From the human T2T-CHM13v2.0 reference genome, Homo sapiens: 64,000 nt of DNA. A program made the translations under genes and the position numbers. Position 1 is the stretch's first letter. Each line of letters begins with the position of its first letter. The notes under the pieces were generated by a model that had not been told where the DNA came from, made no database searches, and worked only from the letters and a program-made list of their open reading frames with translations. The stretch lies in NCBI RefSeq assembly GCF_009914755.1, contig NC_060932.1. One strand, 5' to 3'. This document shows positions 27,961 through 43,733 of the stretch, in pieces.

Positions 27961-28127
27961 CACATTGAAAAAAACTGAAAAAGATGCCTCTGGTCTTAGA
28001 AGTATGACAATGATTAAAAGCCTTAAAACCTGTTTTATCTGTAAAAGATTAACAGTTTTCAAAATGAAATTACATATCTTTATACTCTTGTAAATATTTT
28101 CTCCATACATGTTTTCATCTCTTCTCT

Positions 28128-28440
28128 GACTTTCACCTCTGGCCAAGACAGGGTAACAGAGGCTGGATTTACCCTTCCTCCTGAAACAACAAAATAACCA
28201 AGCAAAATGTATGTGAAACAATAAGTTTTTAAGGTACTCTGCATCAGGTGATAAGGACACTGATTCCTGAGACATGGGAAGCAAATTAGATGAGCCCTAC
28301 AGTTGCCTTGGCTTACTGCCTTAGAAAGTTTTCCAGGCCACTGCTCGGGAAGGAGGAACCCAGACAGATGCATCAGAGTCCAGGGGATGGAGCTGACAGT
28401 CAGGAGGTACAAGAATGCTGGAATTCCCAGGCTAATCTTG
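28128..28440 (+). mobile_element. Old L1M 5'-end fragment
   Basis: ctctggccaagacagggtaacagaggctggatttacccttcctcctgaaacaac. Confidence 0.6.
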
Positions 28441-31283
28441 TTTAAAGGCAATCATGTAGATGATTCTGGAAATTTTTTGTTTGCTTTGCTATTTTCTAGC
28501 ATAAATTCTTTTTTAGGAATTATGGATTGAGAGTGTGGCAATACTTTGTATTGTGAGACATTAGAGAGGCATTTTGTTTGTTTTCTATGTATTTGTATAC
28601 TTATTTATAATCCCGAGTGATGTTTTCCTTTACATATTTCCTTTAATGCATATCCCAACTCTACAATTATTTATGTTCAATATTACAATACTGAATATTC
28701 CCAGCAGAGTTGGCTAGTTTGTGAAATCTAGTTGAAACATTATAGAATTAGAACAATGCTGCATTGATAATTATTATAGTCATAAATGTACCAGTAATGG
28801 GATGTTGAATAATGTCAGAAAAATTAATAAGTTGCATAGAGTTCATTTCAATGAATAGACAAACTCCCGTATAATTTAAAGTTTATGACATGGTCTTGGT
28901 ACAATTTTAATGTGAGCTACTTAGATATAAATATCATCATCTAAATGTTGCCCTTTGTGACTTAAGCACAATTCCAGGGCATAATGATGTCCTCAAAGTG
29001 TTCATAAGTTACCTCAAAGGTCACTTACAATAAACTGAACAAAACTGAGAAATATGTACAGTCATTAATGTTTTCATTCATTCACATGTAAAGTGGATTT
29101 AATTTGGCACCTGGAGAAATGTTGATTATTTTCCTTAGCTTTGCGTGTGGCTGGAAGGTGGCCTGTCACATTCCAAGAAGGCCCAGTCTGGCTTCACCTT
29201 AGATTGTCCCTCACTCTCAAGGGCAGCCCTATGATCTCTGCTGGAGGGTGAAGGAATTACAGAAATCAAGGTGGTCCCAAGGTGTGAGGGGCATTTAACT
29301 TAGCAAATGGCCTAAAAAGGCGGGAGCCCAGCCCTGAAGGGGCTGCCATCCTGGGCCTTGCCCCACCTCATGTCTCCACCTCATATCTCCATCTCAAAGC
29401 AAGTGCATGCTGAGGCCTCACACCCAGCTCAGCCCGTGGGTATGTGCATGCGAAGTCACAGAATCACTTTAGGTTAGAGTTTACGCATTGGCTGGCTTTT
29501 ATCTGCAAAGCAGGTAAGGAAACAGAAAGCAAAGTAACAGAAACTGAATAAGCATATTACATCATTAAAGATGAAAAAGATTGACATAATTTTGATGTTT
29601 TAAAAGCAATAATTTTTCCTAATCTTTTGAAGTTGTTTCAAGATGCATTGGTCATCCATCTGGGTAGGTCTTAAGTGATGTTTCTCCAGTCCTGTATTTA
29701 TGTTACTTTCTATTAGTTAATTCCTCTCTACTGAAGCTTTTGCTCTATATTCCTGTCCTCTGCTTCTTGACTGTCCTCCCTTCTCATTTCTGCATTTTCT
29801 TTCCAGCGAAGTGTTATTCTTTCTATTTCCTAGCTTCCATTTATCTTTTAATTAAATCACCGGGGGATGTATCGAAAGTCCTTAGGGCTCACTTTGAGCT
29901 GGGGAAGTGGAGAAAGCTCTCTCCTCATTATAAACAAATGTTAATTTAGATGAAGCTTGAGAAATATTTCCTCTGCATGGTTTATTTTTGAATTACTTGT
30001 AATATCACTGTTAGCGTACATATCCTAGAGAGACAAATTTTTTTGTATTTTATGTATTTCTAATTCATTATTATTGGTAACTTAATACCCACTAGAGTAG
30101 TATCTAATTAAATGCTGAAATCATGTCTTTGGTTATGAAAGGAGAGCTTATTATCTGTGATCCTGATCATCTAGATAAATTCCAAGCCTGGAATGATGAG
30201 GGATGCTTAACTATACCAAAAATATAGAGGCCCATCTAGCCACTTCAGTTGCTTATGTGGTTCAGTGAGATTGCACCAGGTTTGAGGCCCACCAACTATG
30301 TTGAAATTTCTCATCTGAGCGTCTTACTACCAAAGCTGATGCTCAAATAGCCACTGGGTGATCATATATGATGCACATAGCTCAAGGTAATGCTTACACT
30401 AAACAAGATCACATTGGGAGTGTGAGGAGTTGAATCAGCCCCAAATGAATGACTAAGAAGTATCCTCATCTTAGTCAGAATCAAGCAGATTTTGAATGAG
30501 GGAAGAGAATATCTCATTTATCTTTATGTTTCTAATAGCATTCAGCAGAGTGTCATGCACGTAATTTGCACTTAATAAATGGCTGCTTTATAGTTGCCTG
30601 TCCCTGATGCTGAACTCACCAGGCACTACTTCATGAAGATACAAGTGCAGTGTGCCAGCTCCCCTCGTTCAGATCTCCTCCTGAGGACACTATCCTATAA
30701 ACTTGGCATGCAGTGTACAGTAAGGTCTAAGCCAATGGCCTAGGAGCAAGATGAGGCTTTGCACCTCAGCTCTGATTCTTAGCCACATGCACTTGGGCTG
30801 AATTTCCTGGGCAAACTTTGGAGAGCTGCAGGAGTATGAACAAATAATCCCTTTCTCAGAATACTCTCCTCACTCTTTATCTAGATATCATTCTCATCCT
30901 TCAAGTCTCAGCTTAATGGGCTTTCCCTGGCCCCAGAGCCCTAAGGAGCCCCACGTGGTCACAGATGTACTGAGTGCCGTGCAGGTCAAAGGCACAGCAG
31001 ATATAAGTGGGAAAAGCATGACATTTTTCTCTGAGAAGACTGATGTTTTAAAAAAGAAAGGGAAAAAAACCCTTCATGCCATCACAGTGGTTTTTATACT
31101 TCTCCTTTGTAGCCAGAAAGAAAACATAACCCCAATTACTTATAAGATTGTTTGCTTGGTGTCTTCTCCACTAAGTATAAGTTCTTTGAGGGTAGAAAAC
31201 ACATTTATATCTCTAACCCCAGAGCCCAGCTTGGATTTTGTGCATAATAGGTTCTTTAATTCAGGTTTGTTGAATGAATCTAA

Positions 31284-31691
31284 GTGTCTATGTTAGTTTG
31301 CCAGGGCTGCCTTAACAACGTACTATAAACCAGGTGGCTTAAGCCAGAGAGATGTATTGTCTCCCAGTTCTGGAGGCTGGCATTCAAAATGAAGGTATTG
31401 GTAGGGCTTGTCGTTTTTGAACAAACTCAGGATTTTAGGGGAGGTGCTGTTCTAAGCCTTGCTCTTTGGCTTGTAGACACTGTCTTTGTGTTCCCCTTGT
31501 GGGTGTGTGTGCCTCCAACTCCCTTCTTGTAAGGTCACCAGTTATTTTGAGTCAGGGCCCACCCTAATGACCTCATTTTAATTTGATTACCTCTGTAAAG
31601 ACCCTATCTCAAATAAGGTCACATTCTGAGGTACTGGGAGGTTAGAATTTCAACATATGAATTTGGAGGGGATGCAATTCAACCCATAACA
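31284..31691 (-). mobile_element. MLT1 (B/C-like) solo LTR
   Basis: gggctgccttaacaa...cagttctggaggctgg...aaataaggtcacattctgaggtactggg...caattcaacccataaca. Confidence 0.9.
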
Positions 31692-32050
31692 GTGCCTTCC
31701 ATGGTTCATAGCAAGGTAGTGCCATTGTTCCCGCCTAGTTGTGAGAAAGCTGCTCTGATGGTTAAACCATACATCCTAACTCCTGATAAAACTATATTTA
31801 GAATTTTAAGCATTGCTTGGCAAAAGGGAAGGTTTTGAAATTTAGATAATCCTGGTATTCAAGAATACTGCCTTGTTATGGGGATTATACATATAATTTA
31901 ATATATATTAAATTTATATATCCACAGCAAGGAAATAGTCTATAACACTAAGCTGTGTGTGTATGCATGTATCTGTGTGTTTATATATATATATATGTAT
32001 ATATATGTGTATATGTGTGTGTGTGTGTATATATGTATGTATTATAGATA

Positions 32051-32490
32051 CAGTTGACCCTTGAACAATGAAGGGGCTGTAAGTGTGCTGACCTTCTGCC
32101 TCTAGCAGTCAAAAATCCACGTATAACTTTTGACTCTCCAAAAACATTGCTACTAAATAGCTTGCTGTTGACTGGAAGCCTTACCACTTAACAGATATTT
32201 TGTATATTGTATGTATTATATACTGTATCCTTACAATAAAATAAGCTGGGGAAAAGAAAGGGTTATTAGGAAAACCAAAAGGAAGGAAAAATACTGTATG
32301 TTTACTATGCATTTGGTGGAAGCGGGTCATCATAAAGGTCTTCAGCCTCACGGTCTTTATGTAGAGTAGGCTAAGGAGGAAGAGGAAGAGGAGAGTTGAC
32401 ATTGATGTCTCAGGTGTGACAGAGGTTGAAGAAAATCTGTGTATAAGTGGATCTGCACAGTTCAAACTCATGTTGTTCAAGGGTCAACTG
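32051..32490 (+). mobile_element. Tigger2a (MER28) DNA transposon, complete
   Basis: TIRs cagttgacccttgaacaa / ttgttcaagggtcaactg; TA TSD; 440 bp. Confidence 0.93.
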
Positions 32491-33000
32491 TATGGTCTTA
32501 TTTTAGGAAATATCTATTCCTCTCCTATCTATTCAGCAGTTTAAAAAATAGAAAAGGCGGATTATTGGAATGAAATACCTGAAATACTTTTTCCATTTCA
32601 GTAAGGCATGATTGATTGGTCAAGTGTTGGAAGGCAGGGGTTTTGGTCACACTTGAGATTCACTGTCACACATGGAGAGGAGTCACAATGAGACCAGACA
32701 TTGCACATGGTAGAGAGGAAATGAAAATGCCACAGGAGGTCAGAGAAAGTTACTCATGCTTTTCCTGAGGCAGATTAGTGTGACTGACTAGTAATGCCCA
32801 GAAAATGTGAACAACTGTGAATGACTTAACATGTAACAAGCTACATGCGACTTCCTATGGTTAATGACCACAGGTGGGGGTTCTGAAAACATGAGCTGGC
32901 ATCCTGTTCTGGTAGGACGAAAGCTTTGGCATAACTGCTCTGCGGTCTGGTCCTAATTAACAGTGTCAAACTTTGGGAGAGGAAGGGGCTCTCCCAAAGT

Positions 33001-33340
<340 letters not shown>

Positions 33341-35012
33341 CAGGTAGATTTTATGCAGAGTGCGGGGTTGTTCACTTTTAAAGGCATTTTCCTGAAATGA
33401 AGGAATCCCTTCTGAAACCTCTATTCAACAGCATTGAAAATATGATTGCCTTCCTACTTCTTCCAGAAGATTTCTGGCTCCATTTTATGAAGAAGGAAAA
33501 GATTCATTGCTTAGGACCAGTTCTTGCCTGGCAGTATGATTACAGAGTTTTCACTGTTTCCAGGCTACATGTAATAACAGAAATACATCAAGGATTTGAC
33601 AATCTTCTCCAGCTTTTGTTGTATGACCTCAATTCTTATGTGACTCTGGCCCACATCGTGACCTTGGAGATGTGCCTCATGGCATGGATGTGATGATTAA
33701 AGATATAACTAGCGCTACATGGTTCAAACAAATGGGCCTTGTCTGATCATTTGGAGCACTGGGCTACGTTTAAATCCTAAAGACAGCCTTATCATTGAGT
33801 CTCATTTCAATTGTCGACACATTTTAATATCATTTTGTGAATGGAAAATTTGTGTGTCAAAACAGTTATTTGAAAATCACGTGTAATTCAGGAACCCAAC
33901 AAATGATCTGAAAGCATCCCTTAGGCATTGATGAGCAGGGTTTTATAGGTTTGGGGTAAACCTTAGAGTTGCTGAGTAATTCAGGGCACATCTTCCCTCC
34001 AACAGTCCTCTCAAGTACAGCTGTCCAGCCTAAAGATTACATTCTACAGAGGTCCTGGCCAGCAGTTTATAGCACATGAGGTATGTGTGAGGAAGTGTAA
34101 GGTGGCTGAGTCATTATCTTGAACCTCGACCTGGGGTGAGTGGTCATGCTAAGTGGACTGTGCATATTCAATGACATCTTCAGTCTTTAAGGGCAGACCT
34201 AGAGAAGACAGGTCTGTGAGTACAAACATGCCAGTAATTTACTAAGGATATTCAGCTACATTTTAAATAGTATTTGCATATAGCATCAAATGGATTAGGT
34301 GACTATTGTTAACAAAATACAACCTTAGTCTTGCATTTTCTAGTTGTCAAAGAACCATTCAACAGCACGGTGTGTGTAGATTCTCACTAGATTCTATGAC
34401 ACATATCTGCCAGGTATTGTTATTCTAATTAGCAGATGAAGAAAAAAATAGGTTTTAAAAAGAAAGAGAACAAGGATTAAACAAACAGTCTCTGTTCACA
34501 TATGTAATTATTACAACAATTAAAAGACTAAAAACTTAATTAAAACAGAATCCAAAACATTACCACAAAAGTATATAATATGAATTCTTCAAAACCTTTT
34601 CACTTGCATGAATTTTTAGCACTATCAAAGTGCTAAAATTTTCCCTGGATATTATGAGATATATATATATACACACATACATACACACACACATATATAT
34701 ACACACACATATATATACACACACACACACATACATATACCTACATATATGTAAATATATAAAACTAGGATTATATATATATTTTTAATAAACTTACTTT
34801 TGAGAGCAAAACTAAAGTTCCTAGCAAAACTAAGCAGAAGGTTCAGCAATTCCTCCCAGGCATCCCTGCACATGCCAGCCTCCGCCATCATCAGCATCCC
34901 CCACTAGAGTGACCCATTGGCTGCAGTTGATAATGAACCGACATTTACATATATATAAACTTAATTAAATCAGAATCTTTGGATTCTGTTTTTTAATTAA
35001 TTAATTAATGTT

Positions 35013-35145
35013 TTAAATTTATTTTTCCTAAGAGATAGGGTCTTGCTATGTTGCCCAGGCTGATCTGGAACTCCTGGTCTCAAGGATCCTCCAGCTTCAG
35101 CCTCCCTAGTAGCTGGGATTACGGGCAGGAACCACCACACTCAGC
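35013..35145 (-). mobile_element. FLAM (Alu monomer)
   Basis: gagatagggtcttgctatgttgcccaggct...ctcctggtctcaag. Confidence 0.85.
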
Positions 35146-35788
35146 TGATATATATTTTTAGAATTAACATTTTCCATTGTTGAAAGACCTATGTTGAACA
35201 AGCATTCTATGCTTGATGTGATTGATATATATTTTTGTGACTTTATCCATCAAAATTAAGAGAATTCTGCCTTGTGCCTCTCCTCTGTTCTTACTCAGCT
35301 CTAGCCACTCGGGTGTCCACACTGCCCCTGAAACATAGAAGGTGCTGTCACTATAGGTCATGTCTAGCCTCCCCACAAACCAAGTACACCTCAGGCTCAT
35401 CTCCCACCTCCTATAAGCCTTTGCCCTGACTTCCATATTTGAAATGGAAGGCACCCTCGTCTGCCTCTTTCACTGGTAATTCCCTTACCTTCATATTTTT
35501 TTTCCATAACTCAAACATACTTCTCAAATACCATATAATCGTTATTTTTAAAAATCTGCCTCCAACCCACTGGAATGCAGGGTCCCAGAGAGCAAGATCT
35601 TTTCTCAATGTGTCTACAGCCCCTACAGAATGTGTGGCACACAGTAGCACTCAACACATTTTTGAGTGTTCACTATTTTATTTATTACGGTTCTTTTTAA
35701 CCATTTAGAATTTATGTTATACTGATAGAAGAAGATATTTTACATTAATTAGAATTAGTTTTTATATATAAAAAAGATATATTGTTCA

Positions 35789-37347
<1,559 letters not shown>

Positions 37348-37350
<3 letters not shown>

Positions 37351-37549
37351 GCTTGAACCCGGGAGGCAGAAGTTGCAGTGAGTCAAGATCACGCCATTTC
37401 CCATGTATCAGATTTTATGCATTGCTTAGTCCTCACTGTGACCCTGGCAAATGGAAAGAAGAAAGGAATCAATTTCACAGACGCAAAGGCTGAGGCTCAA
37501 GGGGAGAGTTGTCTAGCTCAAGGTTGCATGTTCTCTATGTGAGCTTTCT

Positions 37550-37550
<1 letters not shown>
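37348..37550 (+). repeat. 203-bp direct copy of 40141-40343 (Alu right-arm piece fused to MIR-like sequence), followed by (TA)n at 37552-37585
   Basis: Ungapped manual alignment, about 13 substitutions. Confidence 0.97.
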
Positions 37551-37588
<38 letters not shown>

Positions 37589-38403
37589 AATAAATTGCTT
37601 TTTCCAACTCAAGTTCTGATTCTGCCGATGTTTGCACTGATGACTTTTCCCTGTATATAATAATATCCTCTTCTGTGCCAATAAAACCAGTCCTGAGAGA
37701 AATTCTTAAAATAATCCATAAACCAAGCTAAAAGCCCAGGATGCAGTTTTGTCCCAGTTTTGCAATTGTACTGTGAAGCCAGTCTACTTCCAACTACTGC
37801 TTTGGAAAAAGTAGAAACATGTTCACCTGCTCCACCATCATTTAGATACTCAGTGAATTAAAACAGTGTTGCACTATTGTCTCAGAGATTTTCTTTCTTT
37901 TTCTTTTTCTTCTCTTTTTACATTGGAAATTTTCAAACATATAGAAAAGTAGAGTGTATCTCCAAGTTCCCAGCACACAGCTTCAGTAATCCTCCCTCAA
38001 TTTTTCTTTTTCTTTTTTGCTGGCATATTTGAAAGCAAATTCTGAACTACTATCTGTAATGCCTCAGGTAGACCGCTAACTGACAAGGACATTTATTTTT
38101 CAAAAACATTTTTTAAGGTTCAGGGAGGAGACTTTTATAAATAATACAGATTGAATCTAAATTTAAATACTAAAACATGTATTCATATCAACTGTAATGC
38201 ATAAACATCTTTCCTTTTGTATAGTCTGCCTGAAGAGTATGTTAGTTTTTTAAATATTAAATATTAAAAGAATATATTCATTTCACTGCTGAGTTTGTAC
38301 TGCCATTCAGGTTTTACACCATGAGCAATATATTAGGCATTACACATGGAACTAAAAAGCAGCTGTTTCTGCCCTTGAGAAATACATCTAGCTAGGAAAA
38401 CTG

Positions 38404-38437
<34 letters not shown>

Positions 38438-38530
38438 AATTGAAAGTAAAATAGTATAATTAGTGTTGGATAATTCAAATGCACAATAATTCAAGGGCAG
38501 AGAAAGGCTCTTTGAGACAGGGCCAACTAG

Positions 38531-38674
<144 letters not shown>

Positions 38675-39946
38675 TAGAGATAATTTTTTTTGTGTGTAAA
38701 GGAAATGAGCTTTGGAGTAAATAATGATTTGGACAAAGTATATGGATTAAGACATGTCATGTTCAAACACAGAGCCAGAGATTGGTACTTGGTAAAAGCT
38801 AAGCAAAAAATTCAGAACGAAAATGTGAGTGATGATAAGTTATTAAATAAGTTTTGCAAGTGTCATAGATGTGAAGTACAATGTTGCTTTTTGAGGATCT
38901 TTTAAATAAGTCTTGCTATAACATTCACGGCTATATTTATCTTTGGAAAAGGGGCTCAGAAAAATGCTTAAAATATATGTGAATCTAAAAGGGTTGTATT
39001 TCCAATAATAGAATTTTGGGGGCAGTATGGCACTTGTTAGAGGCAGTTTTGGAGCAGGGGAGCTGACCTGTCAGCAAACCTATGGACAGAGCAGAGATTT
39101 ACCACATGGATTAGACACAGAGACCCAGGATGAGACTGATTCATGCCTATAACTTTCTTGGGAAATCTGACCACCTCCATCCCTTCACTCTGCAAAGAAT
39201 GCAACTGCTGTATCATTCAAATTAAGGAACTCTCCCTGGGCAATCATACTCATAGGCCAAATTCCCTAGTTATTTGCAACCTCTTGGCCTTATCTTCTAT
39301 AGACAAGCAATAATACGACCAATGATAATTGTTCATCTCAGCAAAGTGGGAAAAGGGTCCAGTGCCAGTTCTGCTATTGCTTAGCTCTTTGAAATAAATG
39401 ACAATAATATGTTATGGGCTCTGCACATGTCTTCTTTAATCCTTGTAACAGCTTTTTTATTTGTTTTCATTATTATCTTTATTTTAAAGGTGAGAACATT
39501 GAAATGACTACACAGACAGTCCAAGGTCACATAGCTAGCAAGGGGTAGAACCCAGATGGTTTGATTCCAGGGCCTACGCTCTTGGCACAGGTCTACAATC
39601 CCCCTTGAAGTTACTTAATGTTTCTATTTCCTCATCTCTCCCTTCATAAGTAAAGTGGGAACATTTCTCTGTGTGTATTCAAGCCAGCAAGCCATGCACT
39701 AATGATAAAATAGAGGCAGTTCTTTAAGCTCAAAGGAAAATAGACAAATATCTGGTGCTACCTTCAGAGAATTTCCCCATTTTCTTTTTTTTTTTTTTTG
39801 CACAATTGCGATTTGTTCTTTACATTCTTAAAATTTTTTACTATTTTTGGTTGAAGGGTACAGAATTAATTTAATGTAGTTTTTCTTCAGAAGCATGTCG
39901 GGAACACTTATTGAAGAAGTGGAAAAGAGAAAGAATGGCTGGTGGA

Positions 39947-40207
<261 letters not shown>

Positions 40208-40708
40208 TTATGCATTGCTTAGTCCTCACTGTGACCCTGGCAAATGGAAAGAAGAAAGGAATCTATTTCACAGATGCAAAGGCTGAGGCCCAAGAGGAGA
40301 GCTGGCTAGCTCAAGGTTGCGTGTTCTCTGTGTGTGCTTTCTGATGCTCAGAATAAGGTGCTGCTGGACCTCTCATTGCTGAGGATATCAGACTCTATGG
40401 CCATATGGTAGGTGCATGATTATTGAAACATTTCTCTGCCTTTCACTTTCTCACCTGAATGTACTTCCCTGTCTCTGTTCCCACTCCTGAATTCAGGGGC
40501 CCAGCAATGCATGGAGAAGCAGTCTCCAACCTGTTGAATTAGATGATAGAAAAAAAATAAAAGCCTGGCATTGTTCTGAGTCACATGATGAAAAGTCATC
40601 ACTTTAACCAGGCACCTTTCATATGTAGAGGTGGCACTAAGTTAAATAATCACCAGGCCTGGCACTCCCTAATTAGGAGATATGAACCAAGCATTTCAGT
40701 TTCACTGA

Positions 40709-41293
<585 letters not shown>

Positions 41294-41528
41294 GTTTCTT
41301 TATTATGTGAAGGTCATAATAGCTGCTGAATAAACCCTATATGTGCAAAAGTGCCTTTTAAGTGACAAAATATTTCAAAAATCCCAGGTATTGATAATAT
41401 CACAGCTGGCCACAACCTCCAAACTCATATAGGGAGATATTCAAAAGTGAATTCAACATACTCAAACATGCTAAACAGGAAGCTTCAGGAGTGTAATTTA
41501 GATCAGTTCAGCTTTGTCCTACAGTAGG

Positions 41529-41897
41529 TGTTATGGACTGACTTGTGTCCCCGCAAAAAATCACACACTGAAGCCTTAAATCACAATTTGATTGCATTTA
41601 GGAACAGGACCTCTAAGGAGACAATTTAGGTTAAATGGAGTCCTAAGTGTGTGACCTAATCCAACAGGACTGATGTGCTTATAAGAAGAGAGAGACACCA
41701 GGGGGACACAAGCACAGGCAAAAGCCATGAGGCAACACAAGGAGAAGATGCCCATCTATAAGCCAAAGAGAGAGGCAAGGGAAACTAACCTGCCAACACC
41801 CTAATCTTGGTTCCTTCAGAACTTTGAGGAATAAATTCTGTTGTGCAAACCACCCAGTTTGTGGTATTTTGTTATGAAGCCTGAGCTGACTAATACA
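41529..41897 (+). mobile_element. MLT1 (A/B-like) solo LTR
   Basis: tgttatggactgacttgtgtcccc...gtggtattttgttatgaagcctgagctgactaataca. Confidence 0.88.
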
Positions 41898-41902
41898 ATA
41901 GG

Positions 41903-42376
41903 TGTGAAAGGAAAATAAATCTTGGGGACCCCCAAATCACTAAGCTGAAGGGAAAATTTAAACTGGGAACTGCTTAGGTCAAACCTGCCTCCCATTCTAT
42001 TCAAAGTCATCCCTCTGCTCACTGAAATAAATGCACATCTGATTGCCTCCTTTGGAAAGGTTGATCAGAAACTCAAAAGAATGCAGCCATTTGTCTCCCA
42101 CTTACCTGTGACCTAGAAGCCCCCTCCCCTACTTCAAGTTGTCCTGCTTTTGCTTCGAGTTGTCCCACCATTTTGGACCAAACCAATGTTCATTTTACGT
42201 ATGTTGATTGATGTCTCATGTCTCCCTAAAATATATAAAAGCAAGCTGTGCTCTGACAACCTTAGGCACGTGTCATCAAGACCTCCTGAGGTTGTGTCAT
42301 GGGCATGGGTCCTCAACCTTGGCAAAATAAACTTTCTAAATTAACTGAGACCTGTCTCAAATCTTCGGGGTTCACA
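41903..42376 (+). mobile_element. MER4A1-like ERV1 solo LTR
   Basis: tgtgaaaggaaaataaatcttggggacccc...ggggttcaca; 4-bp TSD tagg. Confidence 0.92.
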
Positions 42377-42954
42377 TAGGCAAGAACAAGAATCTCTCAC
42401 ATATATGACATATATATGCCATATATAAGATTTATATGAGATAGATATATGGCATATGGGGATATATACCTTCTCTCCTTGGTTATTGAGAGAATTATTA
42501 ACATCTCTAACACCACACTGTAACAATTTTCTGGCCATATCTGGAAAAAGTAGCATGTCAGCCTTAATAGCTTATGTACACCTCTGCTGCTCTGTTTGGC
42601 TTGATGGCAGTGCCTCTCCCTGCCCCAGAGAGCCTGAGTCTTTTCCAGACGATCTCTGCAGAGTAGACTGTGCTTTCTGTTGTGGTCTCCTGCTCTGATC
42701 TGTTTCCAGATATAAAGAAAGGCACATCATTGTCCGTGGCCCTTGTTTACTTTGGCCTTTTGCATCTCTAGAAGCTGACTCTGAACAGATATTGACTGCA
42801 CGTGCAGTTAATAAGAAACATCAGGCAAGCGTAATTACTATCCTATTTTGCTATTTTAAGTAAATGTGTTCTCATAAAATATAATCTGAATTGCTACTCA
42901 AATAATGTGTGTGTTGTATATTTTTATAAAAAGGTTGGAAATACTTAGAAATCT

Positions 42955-43114
42955 TTATATATATATTATATTATATTATATAATTATATTATATTGCATA
43001 TATATAATATATTTATATATTTATATCTGCAATATTATATATAAATATATATTTCTATTTGCAATATTATATAATTATATATAATTATATATATATATAT
43101 ATCTGCAATATAAT
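42955..43114. repeat. AT-rich degenerate low-complexity tract with recurring tgcaatat
   Basis: Direct reading of the sequence. Confidence 0.85.
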
Positions 43115-43406
43115 GTTGAAAATTGTGCACCAAAGTTCACAAATCTTATAGTAGAAGATCTTATGGCCTGAATTACTCAGTTACTTGGTTTGACTTTTCA
43201 TGTGTCACTATTCACTTGACTATGTGGCCATAAGTGAGGGGAGGACTTGGAAATTTTCTGCTTAGTTTGGTTATTGATGTTGATCAGTATGTGAATCAGA
43301 ATCTATAAATCTTTGAATCTTGCTTTTTAATTACATATATTTGAGCAGTTTCTCTGTGCTCATTACTGTGCTAGCTTACCCACCTAACCGTGGAACAAAA
43401 TCATAA

Positions 43407-43733
<327 letters not shown>

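Noticed and set aside
34614-34638. 10-bp stem hairpin ttttagcact-atcaa-agtgctaaaa
   Set aside because: Short and AT-rich; expected by chance in 64 kb
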